This document shows, in pieces, positions 22,603 to 33,311 of a DNA stretch of 64,000 nucleotides (its first letter is position 1; each line of letters opens with the position of its first letter). The stretch spans positions 256,001 through 320,000 of the forward strand of contig CAXWPH010000014.1 in assembly GCA_963666055.2 (NCBI GenBank), read 5' to 3'. A program made the position numbers and the translations under genes. Source of the DNA: Acidobacteriota bacterium. Its GTDB lineage: Bacteria > Acidobacteriota > UBA890 > WLXD01. The notes beneath the pieces are model-generated. The model was given only the letters and a program-made list of their open reading frames with translations. It ran no database searches and was not told the origin of the DNA.

Positions 22603-23604
22603 CTATGCGGCACCCGTCGCGGGCAATTCGAGGGTCACCTGCAGGCCGCGCTTCGCTGACCGGTCCAGCCTCAGCCCGCCGCCGTATAGCTCGACCAGGG
22701 CCTGGACGATCCGAAGCCCGACGCCACGACGCGGGCTGTGCACCGACTCGGGTCGGCCGGTGGCCAATATCTGGTCTCGCACCGCTTCGCTGAGCCCCGG
22801 TCCGTCGTCCTCGACGACGATGAGCAACCTGTCTTCGGCGGCATGCGCCCGCACCTCGACGCTACCTCGACACCACTTGCAGGCGTTCTCGAGCACGTTG
22901 CCAAGCATCTCCTCGAGATCTTCCGGATTGCCATGAAAGTTCAGGTCCGGAGGGACCTCGCAACGAATCTCGAGCCGGCGGCCGACGTGCAGCTGGCGCA
23001 TCGCACGCACCAGCCCATCGACGCTCGGAGCGACGGGGCAGGACCCTGTGGGGGGGGGGGGGGGGGGGGGGTGGGCGAGCCGAGCCGCGGCGGCACTGGC
23101 CCTGGACAAGTGCAGCGTCACGCGGTCGCTCATTGCCTCGACCTGTTCGCGCAGGCCCTCGGCTGCGGGGTGGTCGTCCTTTCGCAGCCGCTCGATCTCG
23201 TTGGTGAGAATTGTCAGCGGCGTCTTCAGGCCGTGCGCCAAGCTGTCTGCTTCCAGGTGTGATCGCCGAAGGGCCTCTTGATTGCGCCGCAACAGGTCGT
23301 TGACCTCGTCCACCAGGGGATGCACCTCTGCCGGATACTCGCCTTCGAGCCGGGCAGCCGATCCGTCCCGCACCGGCGCCAGGCGCTGGCCCAGTCGAGC
23401 CAGTGGAAGGAGGCTCGCGGCGACCCGGAGGGCACCGCCCAGCATCAAGCCGAACGCCAGCAAGCAGATAACGCCGACCCAAAAGTCTTCGACTTCCAGA
23501 AAGCCCACGGCGCCGAGCGCCAAGGCGCCGACCGCCCACAGCAGGCCACCGGAAATGATCGCGGAACGGAGTGTGGTGGCACGCGTCAGGCTCCTCACGT
23601 TCAT
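22603..23604 (-). CDS. Sensor histidine kinase (QseC/PhoQ-like)
   Basis: LAHGLKTPL H-box, GNVLENACKW N-box, VEDDGPG, GVGL. Contains a G22 run read as poly-Pro. Confidence 0.88.
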   Translation of the reverse strand: MNVRSLTRATTLRSAIISGGLLWAVGALALGAVGFLEVEDFWVGVICLLAFGLMLGGALRVAASLLPLARLGQRLAPVRDGSAARLEGEYPAEVHPLVDEVNDLLRRNQEALRRSHLEADSLAHGLKTPLTILTNEIERLRKDDHPAAEGLREQVEAMSDRVTLHLSRASAAAARLAHPPPPPPPTGSCPVAPSVDGLVRAMRQLHVGRRLEIRCEVPPDLNFHGNPEDLEEMLGNVLENACKWCRGSVEVRAHAAEDRLLIVVEDDGPGLSEAVRDQILATGRPESVHSPRRGVGLRIVQALVELYGGGLRLDRSAKRGLQVTLELPATGAA

Positions 23605-24185
23605 ACCGTGCGGCCTCGAGCGAGTCCAGCGCCCGGGTGGTCAGAGCCCGTCTGCTCGGGCACTTGATACCCCAGGCCACTCAGCGTGCGGATCAGATCG
23701 CGGCCCAGCTTCCGGCGCAGCCGGGCGATGAACACCTCGATGGTGTTGGAGTCGCGCTCCCAATCCTGCGCGTAGACATGCTCGACGAGCTCCGACACCG
23801 ACACCACCCGGCCCTGATTGTGCAGCAGGTAGCGCAGCACCTTGAGCTCGTACGCGGTCAGATGAACGCGCTCGCCTTCGAGCCTGACCTCGAGCGACCT
23901 CGTATCGAGAGTCACAGCCCCGTGCCGGAGCACCGGCGACGCACGTCCTGCAGAACGTCGCAGTAGCGCCCGCAACCTCGCGAGAAGCTCCTCCATGCGA
24001 AACGGCTTGGGGAGGTAGTCGTCCGCACCCGCGTCTATCCCCGCTACTCTCTCGTGCCATCGGCCACGCACGGTGAGCACGAGGACGGGTGTGGCCACTC
24101 CCTCCGCGCGCAGCTTCTCGAGCACCTGCAGGCCGTCCAGCTGCCTGGCGAGATCGGCCTCATCCTCAACAACGAGTACCCGCAT
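23601..24185 (-). pseudogene. OmpR-family response regulator with internal deletion of the phospho-acceptor region
   Basis: MRVLVVEDEADLARQL jumps directly to DGLQVLEKL, so the ...VLDLGLP segment is missing. The winged-helix C-terminus is intact. Confidence 0.8.
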
Positions 24186-24239
24186 GTGGTCGGCTCCCGG
24201 AGCCTATTCTACGAGCATGGCCGTCGGCTGTTCCCTCGC

Positions 24240-24287
24240 TTGTGCCACCTCACCTGGTTAGGTATAGTCGCCTCACTTGGTTAGGTA
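24240..24287 (+). promoter_or_regulatory. Sigma70-like promoter overlapped by a 17-bp direct repeat (probable PadR operator)
   Basis: TTGTGC-N17-TATAGT; CCTCACCTGGTTAGGTA (24248-24264) and CCTCACTTGGTTAGGTA (24271-24287). Confidence 0.6.
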
Positions 24288-24316
24288 AGAGAACGAACAA
24301 CGCCGGAGTAGCTCCC

Positions 24317-24634
24317 TTGAGCCTGTTGCAAGGAACGCTCGACATCTTGATTCTGACCGCTGTGCGCAACGCCCCGCTGCATGGCTACGCGATCGCCCAA
24401 GAGATCGGCTCACGAACGGCTGGTGAGATCGAGGTAGAAGACGCGGCGCTCTACAAGGCACTGCACCGCTTGGAGGCTCGTGCGCTCATCGATGCCGAAT
24501 GGGGCATGTCGGAATCACGTCGCCGCGCCAAGTTCTACCGAATAACGCCGCCAGGTATCAAAGTTCTGGAGTCCGAAACCGACGCATGGCAGCGCTACGT
24601 TGACGCCGTCGCCAAGGTCATCGATCCCCGCTAG
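24317..24634 (+). CDS. PadR family transcriptional regulator (Acidobacterial type)
   Basis: LLQGTLDILIL...HGYAIA...LYKALHRLE...WGMSESRRRAKFY; TTG start after GGAG. Confidence 0.9.
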   Translation: MSLLQGTLDILILTAVRNAPLHGYAIAQEIGSRTAGEIEVEDAALYKALHRLEARALIDAEWGMSESRRRAKFYRITPPGIKVLESETDAWQRYVDAVAKVIDPR

Positions 24635-24642
24635 AGGTCGCC

Positions 24643-27011
24643 ATGGATGAGCCGAGGCCTCGCGATGCGGTCGACGAGGAGCTCGAGTTCCACCTCGCCC
24701 GGCGTGCCGAAGAGCACGAGCGTCACGGCCTGCCCCCCGAGGAAGCGCGCCGCCGTGCGCTGCGCGCCCCGACATCATCGACTACCGAGAGCGATCGTCG
24801 ACCCTCACAGATCTCGCCGCGTACACGATGGAACGCGCCAGCCTGGGCGACGATGCTGGGAGCCGCGTGGTTACGGTACAGCTGTCGACCGGGAACCTCT
24901 TTCCATTGCTCGGCGTCGTACCCGAGCTGGGGCGGCTGTTGTCACCGAGCGACGATGTGCCGGGCGGAGCGGCCGTGGCGGTACTGTCTTACGACCTGTG
25001 GCGCGATCTCTTTGCCGCCGACAGCAACGTCGTCGGCCGTACCGTCCGTCTGAACGGCAACCCGTTCGAAGTTATTGGCGTAGGACCCGAGAGCTTCCGC
25101 GGTATCACCGTCGGCGACGGCCCCGACATCTATATTGCGTTGCTGGTGGGCCCGAGCATGGCCTCCGGCTTCGTGGTCGACGACTCGCGCTTCAGCCAGC
25201 GTGGTTCTCGCTGGATTGGCCAGCTTGTCGGACGCATGGCTCCCGGCTCGACGTTCGAGCAGGTGCGCAGCGAGATGTCAGCCATCTCGGACCAGCTCGC
25301 CGCCGAAGACCCCGGCGCGCGGGGACCGCGGCGCATCACCGTAGATCAAGCCCATCGGCTGATCTTGCCGATCGCCAGTGAGGCTAGCTTCTCGCGTTTC
25401 CTGCTGTTGTTGTTGGTTGTCGTCGGCCTGACCCTGCTCCTCGCCTGTGCCAATCTCGCCAACCTACAACTCGCCCGCGCCGCCAGTCGGCGCCACGAAC
25501 TGGCCATCCGCGCCGCCATCGGCGCGGGCCGTGGTCGTTTGATCCGACAGGCTCTCACCGAGAGCTTGGTGCTCTCCATGCTTGGAGGAGTTGCCGGGCT
25601 GGCGATCGGGCCGTTCCTGCTAATCGCCATGGCCGGCTACCAACTTCCGGGACGAATCGGTATCGCTGGCCTTCAGACCGGCCTCAACGTGCCCGTGCTC
25701 CTGTTCACCTTCGCCCTCGCTGTGGCGACGGGCATGCTTTTCGGCATCGGACCGGCGCTGAGCAGCGGCAGAAGCAACAGTATGCAGTTGCTGGCCGCCG
25801 GTGTGCGCACGAGCACGCTGCGTTCTGCGTGGGTTCGGGGCGGGTTAGTAGCAGTACAGGTCGGGGTATCGCTGGTGCTGCTGGTCGGCGCCACCCTCTT
25901 CTTGCGGGCGCTGCAAGCGGGGCTCAATGTCGATCTCGGCTTCCTGAGCGACGATGAGCTGGTGCTCACGACCATCGATTTGTCGCTATTGCAGTATGGC
26001 GCCGGGGATGCTGAAGCGCTGCTGCAGGAGATCGAACAGCGCATGATGTCCACCCCCGGAGTCGTCGCCTTTGCGGCCGCCACGCGGGTACCGTTGATGA
26101 CCGGCGGCGGCACGGCTCTCATGCTCGAATCGGTCGTCGACTACCAACCCGCGCCAGACGAAGAGCTGCGACTCGAGTACAACATCGTCACGCCGGATTT
26201 TTTCACCGCTCTCGGACTGCCGCTGGTAGCGGGCCGTGTGTTCGAACAGAGCGACCTGGTGGAGGGCGCTCCCGTTGCGCTGGTGATCAATCAGGACATG
26301 GCCGACAGATGGTGGCCGGGACGTTCTGCTGTCGGCGGCACGATGCGGTTCTTCGGCGGCGAACAGAGCGCACGAGTTGTGGGGATCGCGACCAACACCA
26401 AGTGGGACGACGGCATGCTCACCGACGACTATCCGTTCGCCTACATGCCGATGACCGGAAGCCGAGCGGCGAATAGACCGATTACCCTGCTGGTGCGCAC
26501 CCGGCGGGCAGAGACCATCATGACAACGCTGCGACAACAACTACTGGAGCTCGACAGCGACATGCCCATCCTGCAGGTATCGACCTTCGATTCTCTCCGG
26601 CAGACAGTCCTGATGCCGCAACGTATGGGCGCCGCGCTGCTGGGCGCCTTTGCGCTGTTGGCGCTGCTGCTGTCGGCGGTCGGGATCTACGGGGTGGTCG
26701 GACACAGCGTCAGCCAACGTACCCGCGAGATCGGTATCCGTATGGCGCTGGGTGCGGATCGGCATCGCATCGTCGGGATGGTGGCGCGCGGCGTGTTCGT
26801 TCCGGTGGTCGCCGGAGTCGCTGCCGGACTTGGCGGTGCCCTACTGCTTTCCGGCGCTGTGCGCTCGTTCCTCTACGGGGTGAGCCCCGCCGATCCGATA
26901 TCGTTTGGCCTCGTCGTCGCGGTGCTCGCCTGCATCAGCGCATTAGCGGCTTGGCTGCCAGCGCGGCGAGCGGCTCGAGTCGACCCCGTCCGGGCGCTGA
27001 GTCTGGACTGA
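24643..27011 (+). pseudogene. ADOP-type duplicated ABC permease (MacB/FtsX domains) with N-terminal deletion/frameshift
   Basis: Prefix DEELEFHL...EEARRRAL switches frame near 24765 into PDIIDYR...; LLLACANLANL, RTREIGIRMALGA and PARRAARVDP are intact; first TM region missing. Confidence 0.8.
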
Positions 27012-27075
27012 TCGCAGTCCTCGAGTCTCGCTGGCAGGCGCGTTCGCCGTTCCGAAGCTCGGCGCGGATGTGTGC

Positions 27076-27543
27076 TCAGCGATCAGACAACTGCCTCTTC
27101 ATGATCGTGCAAGGGACCTCCTTGAAGCCACACCGGTGATACGCCTTCAGCGCCCGTTGGTTTGCATTGTTCACATAGAGTTTGAGCTCCAGGGCACCGG
27201 CTTCTCGTGCCGCGTCAGCCAGATGGTCCAACATGAGTCCAACCAGACCACGGCCGCGATGCTCGGGCATGATGAACAGACTCTGGATCCACCAGTAGCA
27301 TGCGCCGTTGAAATCGCTCCACTCTGTGACGATCGAAGTGCTCGCGACGACGCCACAGCCGATCGATTCCGCCACCCAATAGGCCGCAAGAGTTGGGTCT
27401 TCAAGACCCGATCGAACACCTCGACCGACCGCCTCGATGTCCTTGTCTGCGCCTTCGGCTTGCCGCGCCGCCTGCAGCGTAAAGGCGACGAGGGTGTCGA
27501 GGTCAGCGCTGCTCGCCCGTCTCAAGCTGTACCCGGAACTCAT
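27076..27543 (-). CDS. GNAT family N-acetyltransferase
   Basis: [35 protein letters not shown]...GF. Confidence 0.88.
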   Translation of the reverse strand: MSSGYSLRRASSADLDTLVAFTLQAARQAEGADKDIEAVGRGVRSGLEDPTLAAYWVAESIGCGVVASTSIVTEWSDFNGACYWWIQSLFIMPEHRGRGLVGLMLDHLADAAREAGALELKLYVNNANQRALKAYHRCGFKEVPCTIMKRQLSDR

Positions 27544-27574
27544 GTCGGCACATCCTCGCCTCGTTCACCCGCCT

Positions 27575-27690
27575 GGAAGGAGGGCGACTACTTTCATCTC
27601 CCGCAAGCTCTACCCTAACGTTGATTTCTACTCCGGCGTCATTTGTCAGGCGATGGGCTTTCCGACGGCGATGTTTCCGGTGCTCTTCGT
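27575..27690 (+). pseudogene. gltA: Citrate synthase internal fragment
   Basis: DYF(+1 nt)[31 protein letters not shown]; no start or remainder of the gene. Confidence 0.8.
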
Positions 27691-28089
27691 ATCCTGCGCA
27701 CCGGGCCTTCGTTCCCGTCGATCAACATGATCGGCTTCGATTCGATCGTCTGACCGCGACAGTGCGCTCTCGGTGGTAGAGCCCGGCTGGGCCACTCATC
27801 CGACGCTTGAAGTCGGCTCGAGATGAGGCGTGCTGAGCGTTGATTCTGAACAAGACGCTGCGGCTCCGATCGGCATGGCTCGATGCCGATACCTGCGCTG
27901 CTGAGGGCGTACCTGACCGCCGTAGTCCGCTCCAGACCGGCCTTTGGCGGCCAGATAGTTCCAGATCGTCGATCCTCTTGCCAGACGCCTGGCCGCTCAG
28001 TAGCATCCGATTTCCCCGGGGGGCCTCGGCGCCCGATGCGCTCCCGATCCGCTGCCTTGCTAGCCCTATTTCGGCACCATCCAACACCG

Positions 28090-30012
28090 ATGAGTCCCAC
28101 CCGCCATCGCACGAACGCGCTCCTGTTCAGTGTGCCGCGGACGCCAAACCGCTCGTGCCACCGCCGGCTGTGGCTAGCGTGCGTGGTGATTGCCGGCGTA
28201 GCGGCGCCGGGGCTCGGCACCGGGCTGGCCTTGGGGCAAGGGTTCCGAGAACTACTGATCGAGGGGCACCCCGTGATGACGGCGGGCCGCACAGCGGCGC
28301 TAGTTTGGCGATCTGCCGATGGTCGGACGGGCGCCAGCGTATATGCGGCGGTACCGCCAGAAACGCCCGCCCGGCGCCTCGGCCCGGCGTCGCCTGGCGA
28401 CGACGGCCAGCCGGCGGGCGCCGCTCGAGCCGATGGCTCGACCTGGGTGATAGCGTCGCGCTCTGGCGGCTCGCGAAGCCGTCTCTGGGCGCAACACTTT
28501 GACAGGGGACGCTGGCTCCGGGCCGAGCGTGGCCCTTCGGCTGGGCGATACGATCGCCACCCTGCGTTAGCCTCGGGCGGCGAGGCTCTGTGGGCAGTGT
28601 GGATTGCATCCGAGGAGTTCGGCAGCAGCGGGCGCCCGGGGCTCTACGCCTCGCGTCGATCGGGTGACGGCTGGACGCCGCCCGAACGCTTGCCGCAACC
28701 GCGCGGCGAGCCCATGGCCCCGGTGATTGCCGTCGATGCTGGCGGGCTGCCAGCGGTCGCCTGGGCCGCCGGTGACCGTGGACACTCCGAGATCTGGATC
28801 AGCTGGCGCGGACCAACAGGGTGGAGCGCTCCGCTTGCGCTAACCGACGACGAAACGCCCGATGTTTCGCCGAGCATAGCGGTGAGCGGCGACCGCTGGG
28901 TCGTAGCGTGGAGCTCCTTCAGGCAGCGCGGCTATTGGACGGAGGTGACTGTCGGGAATCCCAAGCGAGGATGGGAAACGCCCCGTAGAATCTCACGCCG
29001 TGCTGGCAGCTCTCCGGTGGCGTTGGCTACCGAGGGGGAGCTGGGTTTGATTTGGGCGGTGCCCGAGAACTCTCCAGCGTCGACGCGAAGTGTCCTGCGG
29101 TGGAGTCGCCTTGTTGAAGATTCGTGGCGACGGCCCCGGGATCTAGTGCTGTCTGCCAACGCCAACATTGCCGCCGCAGCCGGTGCCGACGGCCGACTGC
29201 GTTTGGGATGGACGAACCTGCGCGGCGGCTTGACGATGGCCGAGAGTGCCGGCGCCCTGTTCCGAGATCGGGCGACTGAGCTTCAAGTGGTTTTGGGACA
29301 GACCGGCGATGCGGCTCCAGTGAGCTCGTTCCCTCCACCGGTCGTGCCCAAGATCTCCTCGGCTCGCCGTTGGCTGGCTTTCGGCGACAGCATCACCGAC
29401 GGCTACACGCTCGTCGGTGGCAAGCCGGTGATCGATCCGGGCTATCCGGACAACCTTCGGTCGCGGCTCGGTGCAGCGCTCCCCGGGGGCGCTGAAGTTT
29501 TCGACGGTGGGGTCGGCGGCGAGACCACCGTAGCCGGCTTGAACCGCTTCGCTGGAGCACTCGCCGGGACGGCCGCCACGGGCGTGGTGATCATGGAAGG
29601 AACGAACGACATCAGCGTCGGGTTCGCCGCTTCGCTGTCGGCGTTCAATCTCCTGCAAATGGCGATCCTCGCCGCGGGGTCCGGAGTGACAACCCTGCTC
29701 GCGGCTGTCCTGCCACGCAACGAGCAAGGGTTCGGCGGCAGCCGCAACGCAGCCACCAACGACCTCAACGGCCGGCTCCCCGCGGCGGCGGCCGCCGCAG
29801 GTGCGACTGTGGTGGATACGCACGGCCCGTTCATGGGGCGCAGTGATCTGTTCGTCGACCACCTACACCCGTCTCCCGCCGGCTACGACTTTCTCGGCGG
29901 CCTCGTGTTCAGCGCCATCAATGCGCTGCCGCCGGAGGGTGGGGGGGGGGCGAAACGACGGCCCCGGGCCCCCCCGGAGAGCTGGAAGTGGTGGTCGACA
30001 GCTCGACTGTAA
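28090..30012 (+). CDS. Secreted beta-propeller-like + SGNH/GDSL hydrolase protein (5' part of a frameshifted gene)
   Basis: Signal peptide; repeated P.IA...VAW blades; AFGDSIT, GGETT, EGTND, DHLHP SGNH blocks. Confidence 0.78.
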   Translation: MSPTRHRTNALLFSVPRTPNRSCHRRLWLACVVIAGVAAPGLGTGLALGQGFRELLIEGHPVMTAGRTAALVWRSADGRTGASVYAAVPPETPARRLGPASPGDDGQPAGAARADGSTWVIASRSGGSRSRLWAQHFDRGRWLRAERGPSAGRYDRHPALASGGEALWAVWIASEEFGSSGRPGLYASRRSGDGWTPPERLPQPRGEPMAPVIAVDAGGLPAVAWAAGDRGHSEIWISWRGPTGWSAPLALTDDETPDVSPSIAVSGDRWVVAWSSFRQRGYWTEVTVGNPKRGWETPRRISRRAGSSPVALATEGELGLIWAVPENSPASTRSVLRWSRLVEDSWRRPRDLVLSANANIAAAAGADGRLRLGWTNLRGGLTMAESAGALFRDRATELQVVLGQTGDAAPVSSFPPPVVPKISSARRWLAFGDSITDGYTLVGGKPVIDPGYPDNLRSRLGAALPGGAEVFDGGVGGETTVAGLNRFAGALAGTAATGVVIMEGTNDISVGFAASLSAFNLLQMAILAAGSGVTTLLAAVLPRNEQGFGGSRNAATNDLNGRLPAAAAAAGATVVDTHGPFMGRSDLFVDHLHPSPAGYDFLGGLVFSAINALPPEGGGGAKRRPRAPPESWKWWSTARL

Positions 30013-30536
30013 CGGTGAGCTGGGATGCGCCCACCTCCGGAGGTGCGCCGACCTCCTATCGGATCCAGGCGGGCTCCGCTCCTTTCGGCAGCGATCTCGC
30101 AGATTTCGATACCGGTAATTCCAGCACGTCGCTCACCGCCACGAATGTTGGCGCTGCGACCATCAACATCACCGTGCGGGCGGTCAACGCGGCCGGCACG
30201 AGCGCGCAATCCAACAACGTATTAGCCACAATCACCGGTGGCACAAGCACGTGCACGGCGACGGCCGGCGTGCCGTACGGCCTGACCGCATCATCCAGCG
30301 GCTCCAGGGTAACCCTCAGCTGGGCGCTAGGGCCCGGCCAGGACGCCACCTCGTACATGATCGAAGTGGGATCGGCGTCGGGGCAGTCCGACCTGGCCAG
30401 TTTCGAGACCGGCAGCTCGGCCACCACCTTCGTGGCCGACGGCGTCGCTGCCGGCACCTATTTCGTGCACGTGCGCGCCGTCAACTCGTGCGGGATCAGC
30501 GGCGCTTCGGGGGAGGCGATCCTCATCGTCTCCTGA
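29949..30536 (+). CDS. Tandem fibronectin type III domains (3' part of the SGNH gene after a G10 frameshift)
   Basis: APGPPGELEVVVDSSTVTVSWDAP...YRIQAG...VRAVN and VTLSW...YMIEVG...VRAVN; no independent RBS or signal peptide. Confidence 0.78.
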   Translation, partial: GETTAPGPPGELEVVVDSSTVTVSWDAPTSGGAPTSYRIQAGSAPFGSDLADFDTGNSSTSLTATNVGAATINITVRAVNAAGTSAQSNNVLATITGGTSTCTATAGVPYGLTASSSGSRVTLSWALGPGQDATSYMIEVGSASGQSDLASFETGSSATTFVADGVAAGTYFVHVRAVNSCGISGASGEAILIVS

Positions 30537-30664
30537 CACTATTGCGCTGCGACGGAGACCGTGAGTGCGCTTTGTGCGTCATCACGTACCCTTCGTGGAG
30601 GTTGAAGCTGTGCCCAATGGCAGCGCTCAGCGTTATCTTTTCACCCCGAATCCGAAGGATCCAC

Positions 30665-31951
30665 ATGCGCCAAGGCAAGAGACTGATCCGCGTCGTAATC
30701 GCCATGCCCGCGTGGCTCTGTGTTGGGGCGGTTCTGATAACCGCCTGCGCCGCTCCGGACGACGGCGCGAGCGTGGCGGTCACCGCGTTCCATGGAGCCC
30801 GCCTCATTACCGGAGATGGCGCGGTGATCGAGGAAGCGGTTTTCCTCGTTGAGAACGACCGTTTCACGGATGTCGGGACGGCGGCGGACGTGGAGATTCC
30901 GACCGGTGCCACGCGTGTCGATCTCAGCGGCAACACCGTCATGCCGGCGATCGTCAACGCCCACATGCACCTGGCACCGGAGCGATCCGAACGGACCTCT
31001 CAGCTCCAGCACGTTGCGTACTATGGGGCCGGCGCCGTCGTCAGCCTCGGCCACGACAGCGGTGACGCGCCGTTCGAGATGCGCGGCGAGATCGTGCCCG
31101 ACGGCGCCCGGTCTCGCACCGCGGGACGAGGGATCACGTCCCCGGAGCCCGGGCGGTCGGAGGTCCCCTTCTGGGTTACCACCGAGGAAGAGGCGCGGGC
31201 CGCCGTGCAGGAACTGGCCGCCCAGGAGGTCGATATCGTCAAGATATGGGTCGACGATCGCGGCGGCCAATACGACAAGCTCTCCCCCGCCCTCTACGGT
31301 GCGATCATCGACGAAGCTCATCAGCACGGCTTGATGGTCGCCGCGCACGTCTTCAACCTCGAGGATGCAAAGGGGCTCCTTCGCGCCGGCATCGATGTCT
31401 TTGCCCACGGCATCCGTGACCTGGACGTCGACGACGAGCTGGTGACGCTGTGGACCGAGCGTCCCAACGTGGTCCTGATACCGAATCTCCCGGGCCCGGG
31501 AGTGGCGCGAGACCTCGGGTGGCTGAGCGGAACGGTACCGTCCGCCGAGCTGCAGCAAATGCAGGAGGATTCCGTAGATCGCCCAGCAGCCCAGGAGGCT
31601 TTCGGGATTCAGGGCCGGAATCTGGCAAGGCTCAGCGGCGTCGGCGTGACGATCGCGTTCGGCACCGACGGCAGCGCCGCGTGGGCACCCCACCAGGAGA
31701 TGGAGGACATGGTGAGGTCGGGAATGTCCCCCGCCGACGTCATCGTGGCCGCCACCAGTAGCTCCGCAGAGCTCATGGGCTGGGATGATGTGGGAACGGT
31801 GGCGGCCGGAAAGAGCGCCGACTTCATCGTCCTGGATGCGAACCCCCTCGAGGACATCACCCACACAAGGCGGATCTCATCGGTCTACCTGGGCGGCGCC
31901 AAGATCGACCGGCAAGCGATCGGCACGCGTCTCAGGGGCGAGATACCGTAG
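30665..31951 (+). CDS. Amidohydrolase family lipoprotein
   Basis: ITAC lipobox, MPAIVNAHMH, VKIW, AH, FGTDG, GKSADFIVLDANPLEDI. Confidence 0.88.
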   Translation: MRQGKRLIRVVIAMPAWLCVGAVLITACAAPDDGASVAVTAFHGARLITGDGAVIEEAVFLVENDRFTDVGTAADVEIPTGATRVDLSGNTVMPAIVNAHMHLAPERSERTSQLQHVAYYGAGAVVSLGHDSGDAPFEMRGEIVPDGARSRTAGRGITSPEPGRSEVPFWVTTEEEARAAVQELAAQEVDIVKIWVDDRGGQYDKLSPALYGAIIDEAHQHGLMVAAHVFNLEDAKGLLRAGIDVFAHGIRDLDVDDELVTLWTERPNVVLIPNLPGPGVARDLGWLSGTVPSAELQQMQEDSVDRPAAQEAFGIQGRNLARLSGVGVTIAFGTDGSAAWAPHQEMEDMVRSGMSPADVIVAATSSSAELMGWDDVGTVAAGKSADFIVLDANPLEDITHTRRISSVYLGGAKIDRQAIGTRLRGEIP

Positions 31952-32117
31952 GGCGGAGCCGCATACGCCCTGGCGAGCATCGCCGCCGACTGGCGCGTTA
32001 GCCAGCTCGTCGACAGCAACCTCGCGTCCACACGACGATCGCCAGGCCGACCTTCCCGAGGCCAGCTAGCGGCGCGCCCGGTGCCCGGGCCTCGACGGTG
32101 GCAAGCTTCGGGATAAC

Positions 32118-32516
32118 ATGTGCGGCCGATACGCGAACTTCTCATGCGGCCAATGCTACGAGAGGACATCCTTGACACGAGCGATAACAAGACAATCGGC
32201 AGCATTGCTGGGGCTAATCGTTCTGCTCCCGTATCTCGCTGGGTGCTACAACACGCAGGTGCTCCGAGTTGCGCCACCCCCTGCCGAGGAATCTCCACTC
32301 GGCAACGTGGTGGGGGTCACCACGATCGACAACCAGGAGGTGCCCTTCGCGCGATCTGGCGAGGTTCGCGATGAGACCGTGTACGGCACGATCGAGACCC
32401 GCTCCGCCACGGGGACGGTCCTGACGCCCTATGAGATCGCAGTGTCACAGGTGGCGCGTTTGTGGCTGGAAGAAAGGGAGCTCGAATGGGCCGCCTGTTT
32501 ACGGGCGTCGCTGTAA
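32118..32516 (+). CDS. Hypothetical lipoprotein, probably truncated
   Basis: Hydrophobic stretch with LAGC lipobox; no recognised domain. Confidence 0.4.
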   Translation: MCGRYANFSCGQCYERTSLTRAITRQSAALLGLIVLLPYLAGCYNTQVLRVAPPPAEESPLGNVVGVTTIDNQEVPFARSGEVRDETVYGTIETRSATGTVLTPYEIAVSQVARLWLEERELEWAACLRASL

Positions 32517-33311
32517 TAGCCGGAGCGATCCTTGCAGTCTTGATCGATCCTGCCGACTGAACCCCGTGCGGCGCTTGTCGGGAGCGTCGTCGAGTTGCAG
32601 CTAGCAGCGACCACCCGATATGGGGCTGCGCAACCGTCGACTGGTCGGATGCCATGGATCGCCCCAGCGTTCCGCCCGGGGCGCGCGCCATCATGGGCAA
32701 CATCAACTCCGCCGGGGTCGGCGCCAGTCCGGCTACGCTAGCTCTCTACGCGGTAGACAGTGCGACCCCAGAGGCTCTGAACAGGTCGGCGGTTGCCCAT
32801 GGGGTTATTGCCGGGGGCTTTATCGAGACTCAATACAACCCCCGAATACACAATACTTTCGGGGTAGGCACCCTGCTACCGGGTGCGTAAAACGCACCCT
32901 ATACGCACCCTGGGAATCACGCTGGGTGCGGCTACTGGAGCCCGCCGCATGACGGCCCTCAACGTGGCCACGCGGCGAGTAAGCTGCCGCGCATGAAGCT
33001 CACACCCGAAACCCAGATCGTCCACCTCAAGGGCATCTGGATCTCTACGTCGCTCGCCCTGCGGCAATGCAACATCCGCACGCTGCAGGACCTGCCGCTA
33101 ATCAACCTCGCTACCACACCGTCGGAGATCCACGAGCAGCAGTTGGCGATTCTGCTAGAGGCTGCTGAGGTGGCTGGGGTTGAGCACCGGGAGACGTAGC
33201 GCGGCAGCGCCGCCAGTGCTCGCGAGGCTCCCCTGAGCGCGCGCTACGGGTCCGTCGGCACGAGCCGCTTCAGCTCGTCGAACCGTGTGAGGACGACATG
33301 CATCCGATGAC

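Noticed and set aside
23050-23071. G22 run giving poly-Pro in the histidine kinase (phase variation or G-quadruplex)
   Set aside because: The frame is preserved and such long pure G runs are a common sequencing or consensus artefact; cannot be supported without reads.
32654-33199. Two short ORFs (78 and 68 aa) as a possible toxin-antitoxin or peptide pair
   Set aside because: No recognisable motif or operon structure; coding status cannot be supported by eye.
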